Assembly: GCA_951406725.2 (NCBI GenBank)
Contig: OX597816.1
Location: 166,346,001-166,410,000 of the forward strand
DNA length: 64,000 bases
Reading direction: 5' to 3'
From: Octopus vulgaris
Lineage: Eukaryota
The notes below the pieces were generated by a model. That model had not been told where the DNA came from and made no database searches. It worked only from the letters and a program-made list of their open reading frames with translations. Below are positions 53,330-64,000 of the stretch, one piece after another (position 1 is the first letter of the stretch; each line of letters starts with the position of its first letter). The translations under genes and the position numbers were made by a program.

Positions 53330-54623
53330 GTACGTAAATTGAACGTTTCGTTATTATTAAACAATCTTGTTTTCCTCTGTGGTGGTGGCAGTTGCAGGAC
53401 GTCCAGACCTTGGGTAGTCTTCAAGATTCTCCTTTCTCCTCCTAAATTCAGCTACCCACTTTTTCACTGTCATCCCCCAATGTAGCAACAATATAGATAT
53501 GAATATGTGTGGGGCTAAATCACTTTTCTGGGGGTATTTAATAACTCCATCAGGCTAAATTTCGTCCATTTTCAAGAGAAATCGCTACTACTTACATTTG
53601 AAGTTTTCTTTGAATAATCACATACCAGTTTACCTAGAAAGAAACAATGCAGTTATTAATAAGAAGAGTTGAAATTGTGTAAGATTTCATAGCCCTAGCA
53701 TCATTCCTTCATAGTCAGCTTATGAAATTTTCTGCCCTCCCTTGTGTATATAAATACACATATATAGATATAGAGTTTACTGTTCCGTTAAGGAAATATC
53801 TCCAAAAAGAAAAACAAACGTATTCCATTCAGTGAGAGATAAATATTATTTAATGTACGTGGTATAAAGACACGAGCAGCTAATAGTTTCGTGCTGTGAA
53901 GACACGTGTCTAGACATGTTTTTATAACACGCGTTGGAGACTCAGGTAAAATACAAAACACAAGCACACCGATTGGCCGGTTACTGCATTAGTTTTCCTG
54001 GGCTGGTAGATGGCTATGATCTTTTATCTTTTCATTGTTTCAATCATTAGACTGAGGTCATGCCTTGAAGAAATTTTTTAATCGAATGAATTGCCACAAG
54101 TACTTCTTTTTTCTTCGTTTTTTTAAGCCCGATACTTATTCTATCGGTCTCTTTTTCCGAACTGTCAAACTACAGAGACGTAAACACACCAACACCGGTT
54201 GTCAAGCGGCGTGGGGGTGGGGACAAACACAGACACACACACACACACATAGATATATATGTCGACGGGCTTCTTTCAGTTTCCGTCTACCAAAGAATTG
54301 GTCGGTCCGAGTGCATAGTAGAAGACACTCGCCCAAGATACCACGCAGTGGAACTGAACCCGAAACCATGTAATTGGGAAGCAAGCTTCTTAACACAGAA
54401 CCACGCTTGCGCCTATACATTAAATATGATACATAGATGACTATTTTAATTTAAAACTACCGCAGTTACATACACCGGATAAAAATAATGTGTGTGTGTA
54501 TGATTATAATGATTGACAGAAATTCTTATGGTTTCTGCTTGTTCCTATGATACTTCCTAAATAGACATGGAATTATAATAGAAGACTAATAACAAATGTA
54601 ACAGCCGTGTCTTTTATTTCGAA

Positions 54624-55010
54624 CTAGCAGTATCGCCCGGCCTTGCTCGGGTTTGTTCCGACCCTTTAGAATTGGAATTAAAATTTTGCATTATGTAGCT
54701 TGTTATTCTCTTTAAGTGAACATTTTTCTGGTTGAAATACACCGAAAAATGGCGACACAGCAGTAAAAAAATCGTAAAAAAAAATAGGGATTTTCATAGA
54801 AAAAAAAGCACTTTTTTGATGTAAATAATTTTTGGTCTTAACATGGTCCGATTTGAATTTTTTTCTTCTACGGAAGGAAGAGCAAGCCTTCTTCTATCAT
54901 ACTCTCAATTTTTGGTCAACTTGCGCCGCAGGGTCTCAGAGGAGATGGTGTTAGTTGAAGGCTACCAAACCTGCCATACACAGACAACTTCAGCTTTATA
55001 TATATAGAGA
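54624..55010 (-). mobile_element. Non-autonomous Helitron
   Basis: The minus strand starts TC(TCTATATATA) and ends with hairpin + GATACTGCTAG. Confidence 0.8.
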
Positions 55011-55104
55011 TGTTCGAGTAACCTCATCATTTTATTGTTATTCTTCGTATTGTTACATCTGTTGGTTCAACGTTTTTTTTTATTTTATTTACGTTTATCA
55101 TATA

Positions 55105-55464
55105 CTAGCAGTATCGCCCGGCGTTGCTCGGGTTTGTAAAGGAAATAACTATAAAGCATTTTTAGAGAGTTATAGCCAAAAAATGGGAAAAAAATGATGG
55201 TAAATTTTTTTTTTAGTTAAAAAGGTCAATTTGCGTCCCCTAGACAGTCTGTGGTTTGTGTTTCTGATTCTCGACCCCATGTCGAATTTATCGATTTTTT
55301 TCAGAACTGGGGGAACTTTTCAAAATTTTCGCTGCGTTAGTTTTGAATTATGACATTGGGCTATGTGTGTGTCAAGTTTCATCAGAATCGGTTGAAAGCC
55401 GTGGTCAGGGTGAGGGTACAACCTAACAGACACACAGACAAACTGCCGTTTATATATAGAGAGA
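55105..55464 (-). mobile_element. Non-autonomous Helitron
   Basis: Same termini (5' TC; CCCGAGCAACGCCGGG hairpin + CTAG 3') with a different interior. Confidence 0.8.
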
Positions 55465-55510
55465 TTTTTATCTCAATTTTTTTTTTTTTTTTTTGTCTAT
55501 TTCCATTTAG

Positions 55511-55751
55511 ATTGTTATGTCACAAGCTACTCATCTCTATTTTGATCATCCTTACGAACCAGATCCAGAAGAACCAGGCTATTATTGGGCTACGAGGTTT
55601 ACAGACACACGCAAAACATTTGGTTTTATGCCTGAAAACATTTATGGCAACGCCAAAGTAGCAAGATCCGGAGAGCCTATAACGAAAGAACAACTTTGTG
55701 GAAAAGAAGGCAAAACCTGTGTTAAGCTAAAGAAGTTTGAAAATTTAGCAG
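55511..55751 (+). CDS. GH20 hexosaminidase exon 8
   Basis: ATTTAG| acceptor and G|GTATTG donor, phase 0 to 1. Encodes IVMSQATHLYFDHPYEPDPEEPGYYWATRFTD..FGFMPENIYGNA. Confidence 0.96.
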
Positions 55752-55826
55752 GTATTGATTAGCATGCATCTCGCGTCGTAAATTATAAATGTATTGGCCT
55801 AAGCCACTTTTGATTTTATTTATTTA

Positions 55827-55902
<76 letters not shown>

Positions 55903-55909
55903 ATATATA

Positions 55910-56879
55910 CTAGCAGTATCGCCCGGCGTTGCTCGGGTTTGTAAGGGAAATAACTATATAAGCATTTTTCAATTCGGGCTTTCTTAGCCATTTCTGTTTT
56001 GGTGTCTTCAAGCCATGAAGTCGTTGTTCTAAAAGAACGCTGGTCTCCTTGACAACGCATTACGACGTTGATTTCTTTACACTCCCTTCCCCACAGCTTC
56101 ACGAGGGAGGGAAGGGGGAGAAGCAAACAGGTGCAGCTGTGAGCGTGGACGCCAACTCCGCCGTCATCGACACACGAAAAATTATGCATTAAAATGGAAT
56201 AAAAAATGATGTTAAATTATTTTAAAAATCGTAGACTCATCGTAGACACGCGCTAATACCCAGAAGGGCTCGATATGAATCACGACTATAAGATACCCGG
56301 TTTTGGTTAAACTGCACCGCAAAATGTGGGAGTAGTTAGGAATCTAAATCGTAGGAGACAGACACACAACTTGACTTTTATATATAAAGACTAGCAGTAT
56401 CGCCCGGCGTTGCTCGGGTTTGTAAGGGAAATAACTATATAAGCATTTTTAGAGAGTTACTTCCCTTATAGATGCCAATTCGGGCTTTCTTAGCCATTTC
56501 TGTTTTGGTGTCTTCAAGCCATGAAGTCGTTGTTCTAAAAGAACGCTGGTCTCCTTGACAACGCATTACGACGTTGATTTCTTTACACTCCCTTCCTCAC
56601 AGCTTCACGAGGGAGGGAAGGGGGAGAAGCAAACAGGTGCAGCTGTGAGCGTGGACGCCAACTCCGCCGCCATCGACACACGAAAAATTATGCATTAAAA
56701 TGGAATAAAAAATGATGTTAAATTATTTTTTAAATCGTAGACTCATCGTTGACGCGCGCTAATAGTCAGACGGGCTCGATATGAATCACGACTATAAGAT
56801 ACCCGAATTTGGTTAAACTGCACCGCAAAATGTGGGAGGAGTTAGGAGTCTAAATCGAAGGGGACAGACACTCACTAGA

Positions 56880-56895
<16 letters not shown>
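55910..56895 (-). mobile_element. Head-to-tail dimer of a non-autonomous Helitron (55910-56390; 56391-~56895)
   Basis: Exact CTAG|TC junction on the minus strand at 56391/56390. The units are near-identical and related to 41408-41708. Confidence 0.88.
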
Positions 56896-56940
<45 letters not shown>

Positions 56941-57060
56941 CCACTACGCCATATGCCCACGGGCATATGGCGTAGTCATGATGGGTATACTGGCCTTCGT
57001 ATATTTTACCCCACTGTCACTTTGATGGCATGCACTGCTCTCTCACTCATAATAATGATG

Positions 57061-57120
<60 letters not shown>

Positions 57121-57167
57121 TCGAAAAATATCTTTGGAATGAGAACCCAAGTTCGAAATTTCACCAA

Positions 57168-57213
57168 GACACCTGATGAAGGCTGAAGGGTATATCAGCC
57201 GAAACGTTGTGTT
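57168..57213 (+). ncRNA. Minimal type I hammerhead ribozyme motif within a repeat (~56941-57270)
   Basis: GACAC-CTGATGA-A-GGCTGA(AGGGTATA)TCAGCC-GAAA-CG-TT-GTGTT: stems I and II pair, and stem III is the palindrome ACGT. Confidence 0.75.
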
Positions 57214-57320
57214 AACAGCAAACAAGATGAGGACAAATGTCCGTCAAATGTAAATAATGTAAACAATGTACTTATTATTTATTTTCATCGTTCCTTACTT
57301 CTTTCTGTCTGTAATTTTAG

Positions 57321-57573
57321 GTATTCAAGGTCATTTATGGAGCGAAACTGTGAGAACTCCTGAGCGGTTCGAGTTTATGGTTTTCCCCCGTTTACTTGCT
57401 TTATCAGAAAGAGCTTGGCACCGAGCCCCTTGGGAACTTGAAGAGGACAAAAAGAAACGAGAAGAAATGAGGAAGCAAGATTGGGAACGCTTTGCAAATA
57501 TTATTGGATACCGAGAAATGAAACGTCTTGATCAGTTAGGAATAAGATACCGAGTGCCACCACCTGGTGCCGT
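57321..57573 (+). CDS. GH20 hexosaminidase exon 9
   Basis: TTTTAG| acceptor and GT|GTAAGC donor, phase 1 to 2. Encodes GIQGHLWSETVRT..MVFPRLLALSERAWH..YRVPPPGAV. Confidence 0.97.
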
Positions 57574-57654
57574 GTAAGCTAATTTTGTCATCGTCGTCGT
57601 TGTTGTCTTTTAACGCCAGTTTTCCATGAGGCGGATGGTTTGTTAGGAGCTGAT

Positions 57655-58070
57655 AGGCGGCGAGCTGGCAGAAACGCTAGCACGCCCGGCGAAATGCGTA
57701 GCCGTATTTCGTCTGTCGTTACGTTCTGAGTTCAAATTCCGCCGAGGTCGACTTTGCCTTTCATCCTTTCGGGGTCGATTAAATAAGTACCGGTTACGCA
57801 CTGGGGTCGATATAATCGACTTAATCCGTTTGTCCGTCCTTGTTTGTCCTCTCTGTGTTTAGCCCCTTGTGGGTAGTAAAGAAACAGGTATTTGGTCTGC
57901 CGCTATGTTCTGAGTTCAAATTCCGCCGAGGTCGACTTTGCCTTTCATCCTTTCGGGGTCGATTAAATAAGTACCGGTTACGCACTGGGGTCGATATAAT
58001 CGACTTAATCCGTTTGTCCGTCCTTGTTTGTCCTCTCTGTGTTTAGCCCCTTGTGGGCAGTAAAGAAATA
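57655..58070 (+). mobile_element. SINE family 3 dimer with a TSD-like flank
   Basis: Head plus two units. Flanks are GGTTTGTTAGGAGCTG (57637) and GGTTTGTTAGAAGCTG (58071). Confidence 0.85.
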
Positions 58071-58175
58071 GGTTTGTTAGAAGCTGGCAAACGAGAGCGC
58101 TGTACGAGGCTCCATTTGTATGTTCTGGCATGGTCTCTACGGCTTGATGTCCCTCCTAATGCTAGTACTGGGTAC

Positions 58176-58420
58176 TTTTTACGTGACACCGGCACGGGTG
58201 CTCTTTACTTGGCACCTGCATGGATGCTTTTCACATGGCACCAGTGCTTTTCACGTGGCACCGGTGCTTTTCACGTAGCACCAGTGCGTTTCACGTGGCA
58301 CCGGTTCTTTTCACGTGGCACCGGTGCTGTTCCGTGACACCGGTTATTTTCCGTGGCATCGATACTTTTCACGTAGCACCGGTGCTTTTCACGTGGCACG
58401 GGTGTTTTTACGTGGTACCA
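58176..58420. repeat. 20-bp minisatellite (TTTTCACGTGGCACCGGTGC)n, about 12 units
   Basis: The 20-bp periodicity is directly visible. Confidence 0.9.
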
Positions 58421-58616
58421 AATTATTTATCATTGAATATGTTGTTGCTTTTTGAGGCAGGTGTAGCTGTGTGGTAAGAAGCTTGCTTCCCAACAACATG
58501 GTTTTGGGTTCAGTCCCACTGCCATGGCACCTTGGGCAAATGTCTTCTACTATAGCCTCGGACCGACCAAAGCCTTGTAAGTGGATTTGGTAGACAGAAA
58601 CTAGAAGAAGACCGTC

Positions 58617-58647
<31 letters not shown>

Positions 58648-59092
58648 CGTGTGTGTGTGTGTGTGTGTGTGCGTGTGTATGTGTGTGTGTGTGTACATAT
58701 ACATATACATACATACACTACCGTCAGAAATTAATTAGCACCCTTGATTTGCTCTTCACTCAAGGTATGTGCTGTCACCTAGTGGCCATATCTCGAACTA
58801 TTGCTTTGTTGCGAGTTCACTGTTGCGCAGAACGATGACGTAACTTTGTTTGCAGAGCAGTTTGAGAGTCTACAGCCTTTTGATGTTGACATAGCAGTGC
58901 AACAAATTGGAGTGCGGATGCAGACAAATCTTCCTTTGTTTAATAGATATAGGTAGCGCCTCGCAAGGACCGAAATCACACCATACTAAGTGTTCTCATC
59001 GCGTAAGACGTTTTGAACAGCTCATAGGTTAATTGATTTAACCTATTTAATGTAGAAATTTGAGAAGTGCTAATTAATTTCTGACGCAAGTG

Positions 59093-59155
<63 letters not shown>

Positions 59156-59177
59156 GTATGTGTGTGTGTGTGCGTGC

Positions 59178-59256
<79 letters not shown>

Positions 59257-59470
59257 CATATATATATACATGATGCGCTTCTTTCGATTTCCGTCTACTA
59301 AATCCACTCACAAGGCTTTGGTCGGACCGAGGCTATAGTAGAAGTCACTTGCCCAAGGTGCCAAGCAGTGGGACTGAACCTGGAACCGTGTAGTTGAAAA
59401 GGAAACTTCTTACCGCACTGCCACACCTCAGTCAGAATGTCTCTATGAATGAAGTTTATTTACTTTTCAG

Positions 59471-59611
59471 ATACAACGATGACCAACTAACAGTCAACGT
59501 AGCTTTCCCTGGGTTAACTGTACAGTACAGTGAGAACGGTGGCAAAACCTGGTGCGATGTGAAAAGCACTAGCAAATCTACGACGGACGGCGAGTTTCTC
59601 TTGCGTACCAG
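59471..59611 (+). CDS. GH20 hexosaminidase exon 10 (C-terminal Ig-like CHB_HEX_C domain); gene 3'-incomplete
   Basis: TTTTCAG| acceptor and AG|GTGAGT donor, phase 2 to 2. Encodes LTVNVAFPGLTVQYSENGGKTW..LLRTR. Confidence 0.93.
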
Positions 59612-59769
59612 GTGAGTCATTATTTTTTTTGTTTTTTCTGAGACTCAAATATACAAAGGATTGTTTGAACCAACCAACTGACATTTCTAGACACTTTAAA
59701 TATCTTCAAAATGTCATTGCATGGATGAGTGTAAAAATCTTCATGTTTCTTTTACATTAGCTTCCTCTC

Positions 59770-60178
59770 ATCTTATCGGTTTGAACGGCAGTTTTTTCTA
59801 GCGGTGTCATATGAAATTGTCACCCATAATTATGACCCTAATATCGATCTATTGCATTTCAATCTATTTTAGGGTTAGGGGTGGGAGAAAGGGTAACTTT
59901 TTTTCTTCACAAATGTAAATAAACCCAATCTGTTTCTTAAACGAGGGACATATTCATACGGCACAGAATGTTTTCACCTCAATAGACGGTCATTAATTGG
60001 TTGAAATTGCCGAAATGCAAGAAATTAAAGACCAAATATCTTACAAACTATAGAATTTTCTCAATAAAGCCGAGAGAAAAAAATGTTTTATAAACACATT
60101 CTACCAGTATACGAAGTTTAAATTTTTTTAGTTACCTAGAAATTATGTTAAAAACTGCCGTTCAAACCGAAAAGATCC
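59770..60178. mobile_element. Mutator-like MITE
   Basis: TIRs ATCTTATCGGTTTGAACGGCAGTTTT and AAAACTGCCGTTCAAACCGAAAAGATCC, with a 10-bp TSD GCTTCCTCTC (59760-59769 and 60179-60188). Confidence 0.8.
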
Positions 60179-60814
60179 GCTTCCTCTCTAAGAAGTGACA
60201 GAGCCCACTGTTTTCGTAGGCCGTCTGAGACCGATGAGATCATCACTGATTATAAATAATATTGATTTCTATGTGATGATGTGAGACGCCTGGCGGAGTT
60301 TCTATTTTATTGATAGGGAGTTATCTCCCTTGTCGGACATTGTTAACAGCGTATGACAGGGACTGGGGGAAGATATAAATGGTAGTCTCCTGGAATGCAG
60401 AAGAGGAGTCACTACCGTGAAGTTCCCCGTACAAGGTGAGAACTTGGAGATTGATACGTAATGTTTATTGGTTATCCTGTCTTCTATGGATATTTCCTGG
60501 ATCGCAGTCAAATTGGATATTACTCGTTGGCGTGAATCCGTTCCTACCAGCTAACTGTCAGAGAAATAAACATGGTTGGTGGGGATTTAACAGCGCCTAC
60601 GTGCTGTAACAGAAGTACTAGACGTTGTAGTTTAGTGTGGAAGAGTAGGGTTGTCATGTGGTTATCAGTTATCACATAGGTCGTCGAATGAATACGGAGG
60701 TACTGGTGGTTTGAGTTAAGTCCCTTTTGTGTATAAATGATGCACAAAACTCATGGACAATTAACAGAAACTTTATTTATCGCACAAAACATTTTCCATG
60801 CTGTTCTTGAATTA

Positions 60815-61336
60815 CCATAAATCCTCGAGTATAATCCGCATTTTTTTCCAAAAATTTAAAGGTCAAAATCCCTAGTGCGTACTATATACGAGGGTAAAAA
60901 TGAAAAATATTTACTAAGCAATGTCCGAGTCTCTATTTGCTGTCCGGCAATGTTTATTCAGACGCATTTTGTTATGTCGGGCGCGAAAATACCTTAAGCT
61001 AAACCTGAAAGCAATGAAGTCATAAAAGAATCATCCATAACTTGCAGTAAGCAACATTTATTAAAATAAATGTATTCAGAACACAGAATAACATGTAACA
61101 AAAACAATTTGCAAACATATTTACATTCCCATTTAACGGTTAAGAACATCCCCATTATTGTATTACGTATGCGCGGAAGTGTTTGTTCAACTAGGTGCTG
61201 CTGGCTTAATTACGCATGACTCAAGTTAGAGAAGTGGTACGTATTATACACAAGGTTTAGGTTTTTCAGAGGTACAGCCCCCTAAAAATCCCCTGCGTAT
61301 TATACTCAAGGGCAGACTATACTCGAAGATTTACGG
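60815..61336. mobile_element. Tc1/pogo-type MITE, same family as 30572-31066
   Basis: Shared TIRs and subterminal sequence. Confidence 0.85.
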
Positions 61337-63029
61337 TTATAATACAAACAACAAATCATACACATTGGAAAAGACAATACTGTAGTTATGACAAAATAGT
61401 TAAATAGGATTAAACAAGCTCTGCGAATACTGTAAATAAATCATAATAAATTCCTGACTGCGATACCGTAGCGGCCGTCTGCTCGGTTGAATGAGAAGTT
61501 GTTAAAACAACTGGAAAATACTGAAAAACGAGAATGTGGATTTCAGGGCGAAGCCAAAACTCGTGTATCTATAAGCCTCGTTAGAAGACGTTCTATAAGA
61601 TTCTAGAAGATTTGCGTCACGTGATGGCTCGATGTTGACTGGTCGATTAATCGGCCGATGACGTGAAATGGCTGTTACTGAGCCTTGACTTTTACTTGGA
61701 AATTTGCTGATTGGGTTTCGAATCTGCTACAGGGTGGATACAATAGGGGTGTTGGAAAGAAGGAGAGAAGTCTGAGTTGAGGAGGTTTGAATAAAGGTAG
61801 TGTAAAACCAACTAGCTCTGAAGAGTAGCGGTAGAAAAGCAAAGAGAGGAGCCAGTGCATGTGCGTGCTGAACGTTGCTGTATACTGGTTTCACATTTTA
61901 GCACAAGGCCAGTAATTTCGGGGTAGAGGTTGAGTCGATTACATCGACACCAGAATGCAACTGGTACTTATTTTATCCGCCACAAAAGGATGAAAATATT
62001 GGAATATATTGGCCAGTGACTTCATGCTACCTCATTTGGGAAGATGTTTTCCTCCTTTCTTCCCTTTCTTTTTATGTCCTACGACATCGTTATGTGTAAC
62101 CCTGGAACCGTCCCAAAAGTGGGAGCAGTACTACGTTCGTGTGCGTGTGTGGTGGGTATGTGTGTGTGTGTAGTTGAGTGTTTTTTCAGTGTGTGTATTT
62201 TTGTACGTATATAGATAGATAGAAAGATAGTTACATACATACATACATACATACATACCTTGTTTTTGATATTGAAATTCCAATGAAGGAGCCTTGGATC
62301 TAGGTTAGAAACCAGCTCTTTCTCTATCGGCAAGAAATTTAAAACTAAATAATAAAACTAAATAATGACATGCATGCATGCATACATACATACATACATA
62401 CATGCATACATACATACATGCATGCATGCATGCATACATACATACAGACATACATACATGCATGCATGCACGTATGCATACATGCATGCATGCATACATA
62501 CACGTATGCATACATACATACACACATGCATATATACATATATACATGCATATATACATATATACATGCATATATACATATATACATGCATATATGTACA
62601 TACCTACATATGTATGTATATATACATGCATATATGGGTACAGGACATAAAAAACGTTGAACACAATGAGAAACGAAAACATAAAAACAGAGCAGAAAAC
62701 GAAGTTTTTTGGAACAACTAAAAAAAACAGAAAAACGAGACAAGCAACATAAAGAATATTCCCCTTCATCAGTTGTCCCTGTTTCATCTATTCCGCGTTC
62801 CGAGGGTAAGGACAATACGCGACTTCGCTGAAACAGTCCTTCCCGCAAAGCAAATTAAATAAAATTTGGGATTTTTTGCGGAGGGTGAAAGTGGTAACAA
62901 GAACAGAACAGTGAGAACAAAACAATAAAAACAAACGGTGAGGGTTGTTGAGCCAAGACTATAGAAAAATTATTATGAACGCAAGGAGGACGAGCTTATG
63001 AGAGAAGACAGGTATAAGATATATATATA

Positions 63030-63318
63030 TATATATATAAAATTTTAAAATAGGGTAAAATCTTCATAAGAATTTATGAAGTAGCTAGCGTGAAAAACCT
63101 CATAAGAGAAAAAAATCCACCAATTTTTTCACTTAAATATATTTATTTATATTATATAGAGGCATTATTATACATGAATGCCACACGCTAGGAGAGACCC
63201 TTAAAGTCAAAACTACTAAAATAAATAAGTTGCATTCGGTGTGATATGTTTATTTTTTTTAGTAGTTTTGACTTTAAGGGTCCCTCGTAGCGTGTGGCAT
63301 TCGTGTGTAATAATGCTC
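63030..63318. mobile_element. (TA)n-flanked element with a ~60-bp inverted repeat (relative at ~50895-51050, opposite orientation)
   Basis: 63162-63221 and ~63257-63316 are imperfect reverse complements. Confidence 0.6.
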
Positions 63319-63326
63319 TCTCTCTT

Positions 63327-63383
<57 letters not shown>

Positions 63384-63384
<1 letters not shown>

Positions 63385-64000
63385 ACGATATGCTGTACTG
63401 CTTGCTATTTTCGTCAGAACCTCCAATACGAACATTTCGGAGTATTTGGATGTCAATCTGAGGACAGTGCAGTGGATTCGGAAAGAATCGGATGAGTCTA
63501 ATGACAGCTCGGAAAACTCACTCTGATCATTCTGATAAGAAAAGAACTCCTGAATTTCTTGGTGAGATCCAGGCCATGACTGATAATCACATCCAAGTCA
63601 ATCACATCCAAGCCCAGTGACATAGGAGTGTCTGAGATTCTTATCAAGCAGGCAGTGCATGAAAACATTCGGTATTCCTCATACAGGATGTTTATCACAA
63701 GCCATCAAGGACAAGAGGAAAGACCGCGCTACGAAGCTTTTGAACAAACTCAAGCATCCCCTCCAACCGAACATACTTCGGTTATTCTCAGGCGAGAAAA
63801 AGTTTTGCCAGGACCAGATGATAAACACACAGAACAACCGTTGGCTTGCCATGTCACCAAAGCATTTACCTATAGTGATAAAAACCAAACATCCAGTCAA
63901 CATCATGATGTCTGGAGTGATCTCTAGCGATGGCGACATTATGCCGCCATTCATCTTCCCACACGGCCTCAGACTCAACACGGAGGTCTACATCAAGTGC
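63384..64000 (+). mobile_element. Degenerate Tc1/mariner transposase (maT/DD37D-like), running off the window
   Basis: Frameshifted pieces: VNLRTVQWIRKE, KKRTPEF, AVHENIRYSSY, FSGEKKF, NTQNNRWLA, KTKHPVNIMM.GVISSDGDIMPPFIFPHGLRLNTEVYIKC. Confidence 0.85.

Noticed and set aside
59869-59880. TTAGGGTTAGGG telomere-like repeat
   Set aside because: Only two units, inside a MITE.
60220-60259. Phase-compatible candidate last exon of the hexosaminidase (RPSETDEIITDYK*)
   Set aside because: It lacks the S.DG.R.SR-like ending expected for this domain and lies in probable repeat-derived DNA. The real exon is likely beyond 64000.
62761-62820. CTGATGAAGGG motif (minus strand; related copy at ~31100-31155) as a permuted hammerhead
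   Set aside because: Neither copy has a correctly placed GAAA and NUH triplet, so the fold cannot be completed.

Overview
This is AT-rich, microsatellite-dense animal genomic DNA. The SINE families and (TA)n/(GT)n/(TATG)n load point to an Octopus/coleoid cephalopod (inferred, not searched). The one clear protein-coding gene is a + strand, intron-rich GH20 beta-N-acetylhexosaminidase with bacterial chitobiase-type architecture. Nine exons at 32612-59611 splice with consistent phases. A candidate signal-peptide exon 1 lies at ~29448-29493, and the last exon is probably beyond the window. The rest is mostly repeats: three tRNA-derived SINE families, R4-, CR1- and RTE-type LINE fragments, mariner and maT remnants, hAT, MULE and Tc1/pogo MITEs, a Helitron helicase relic and non-autonomous Helitrons. 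There is also a 4.4-4.6 kb tandem duplication and a ~2.25 kb x4 array. The most interesting signals are: a minimal hammerhead ribozyme plus two core-variant hammerhead-like motifs in (TA)n-associated, often fold-back elements; an RFX X-box at a probable bidirectional promoter; an unassigned minus-strand exon pair amplified by the array; an exact head-to-tail Helitron dimer; and SINE multimers with target-site duplications. Nearly all supplied ORFs are artefacts of simple repeats or SINEs. Repeat boundaries are approximate.
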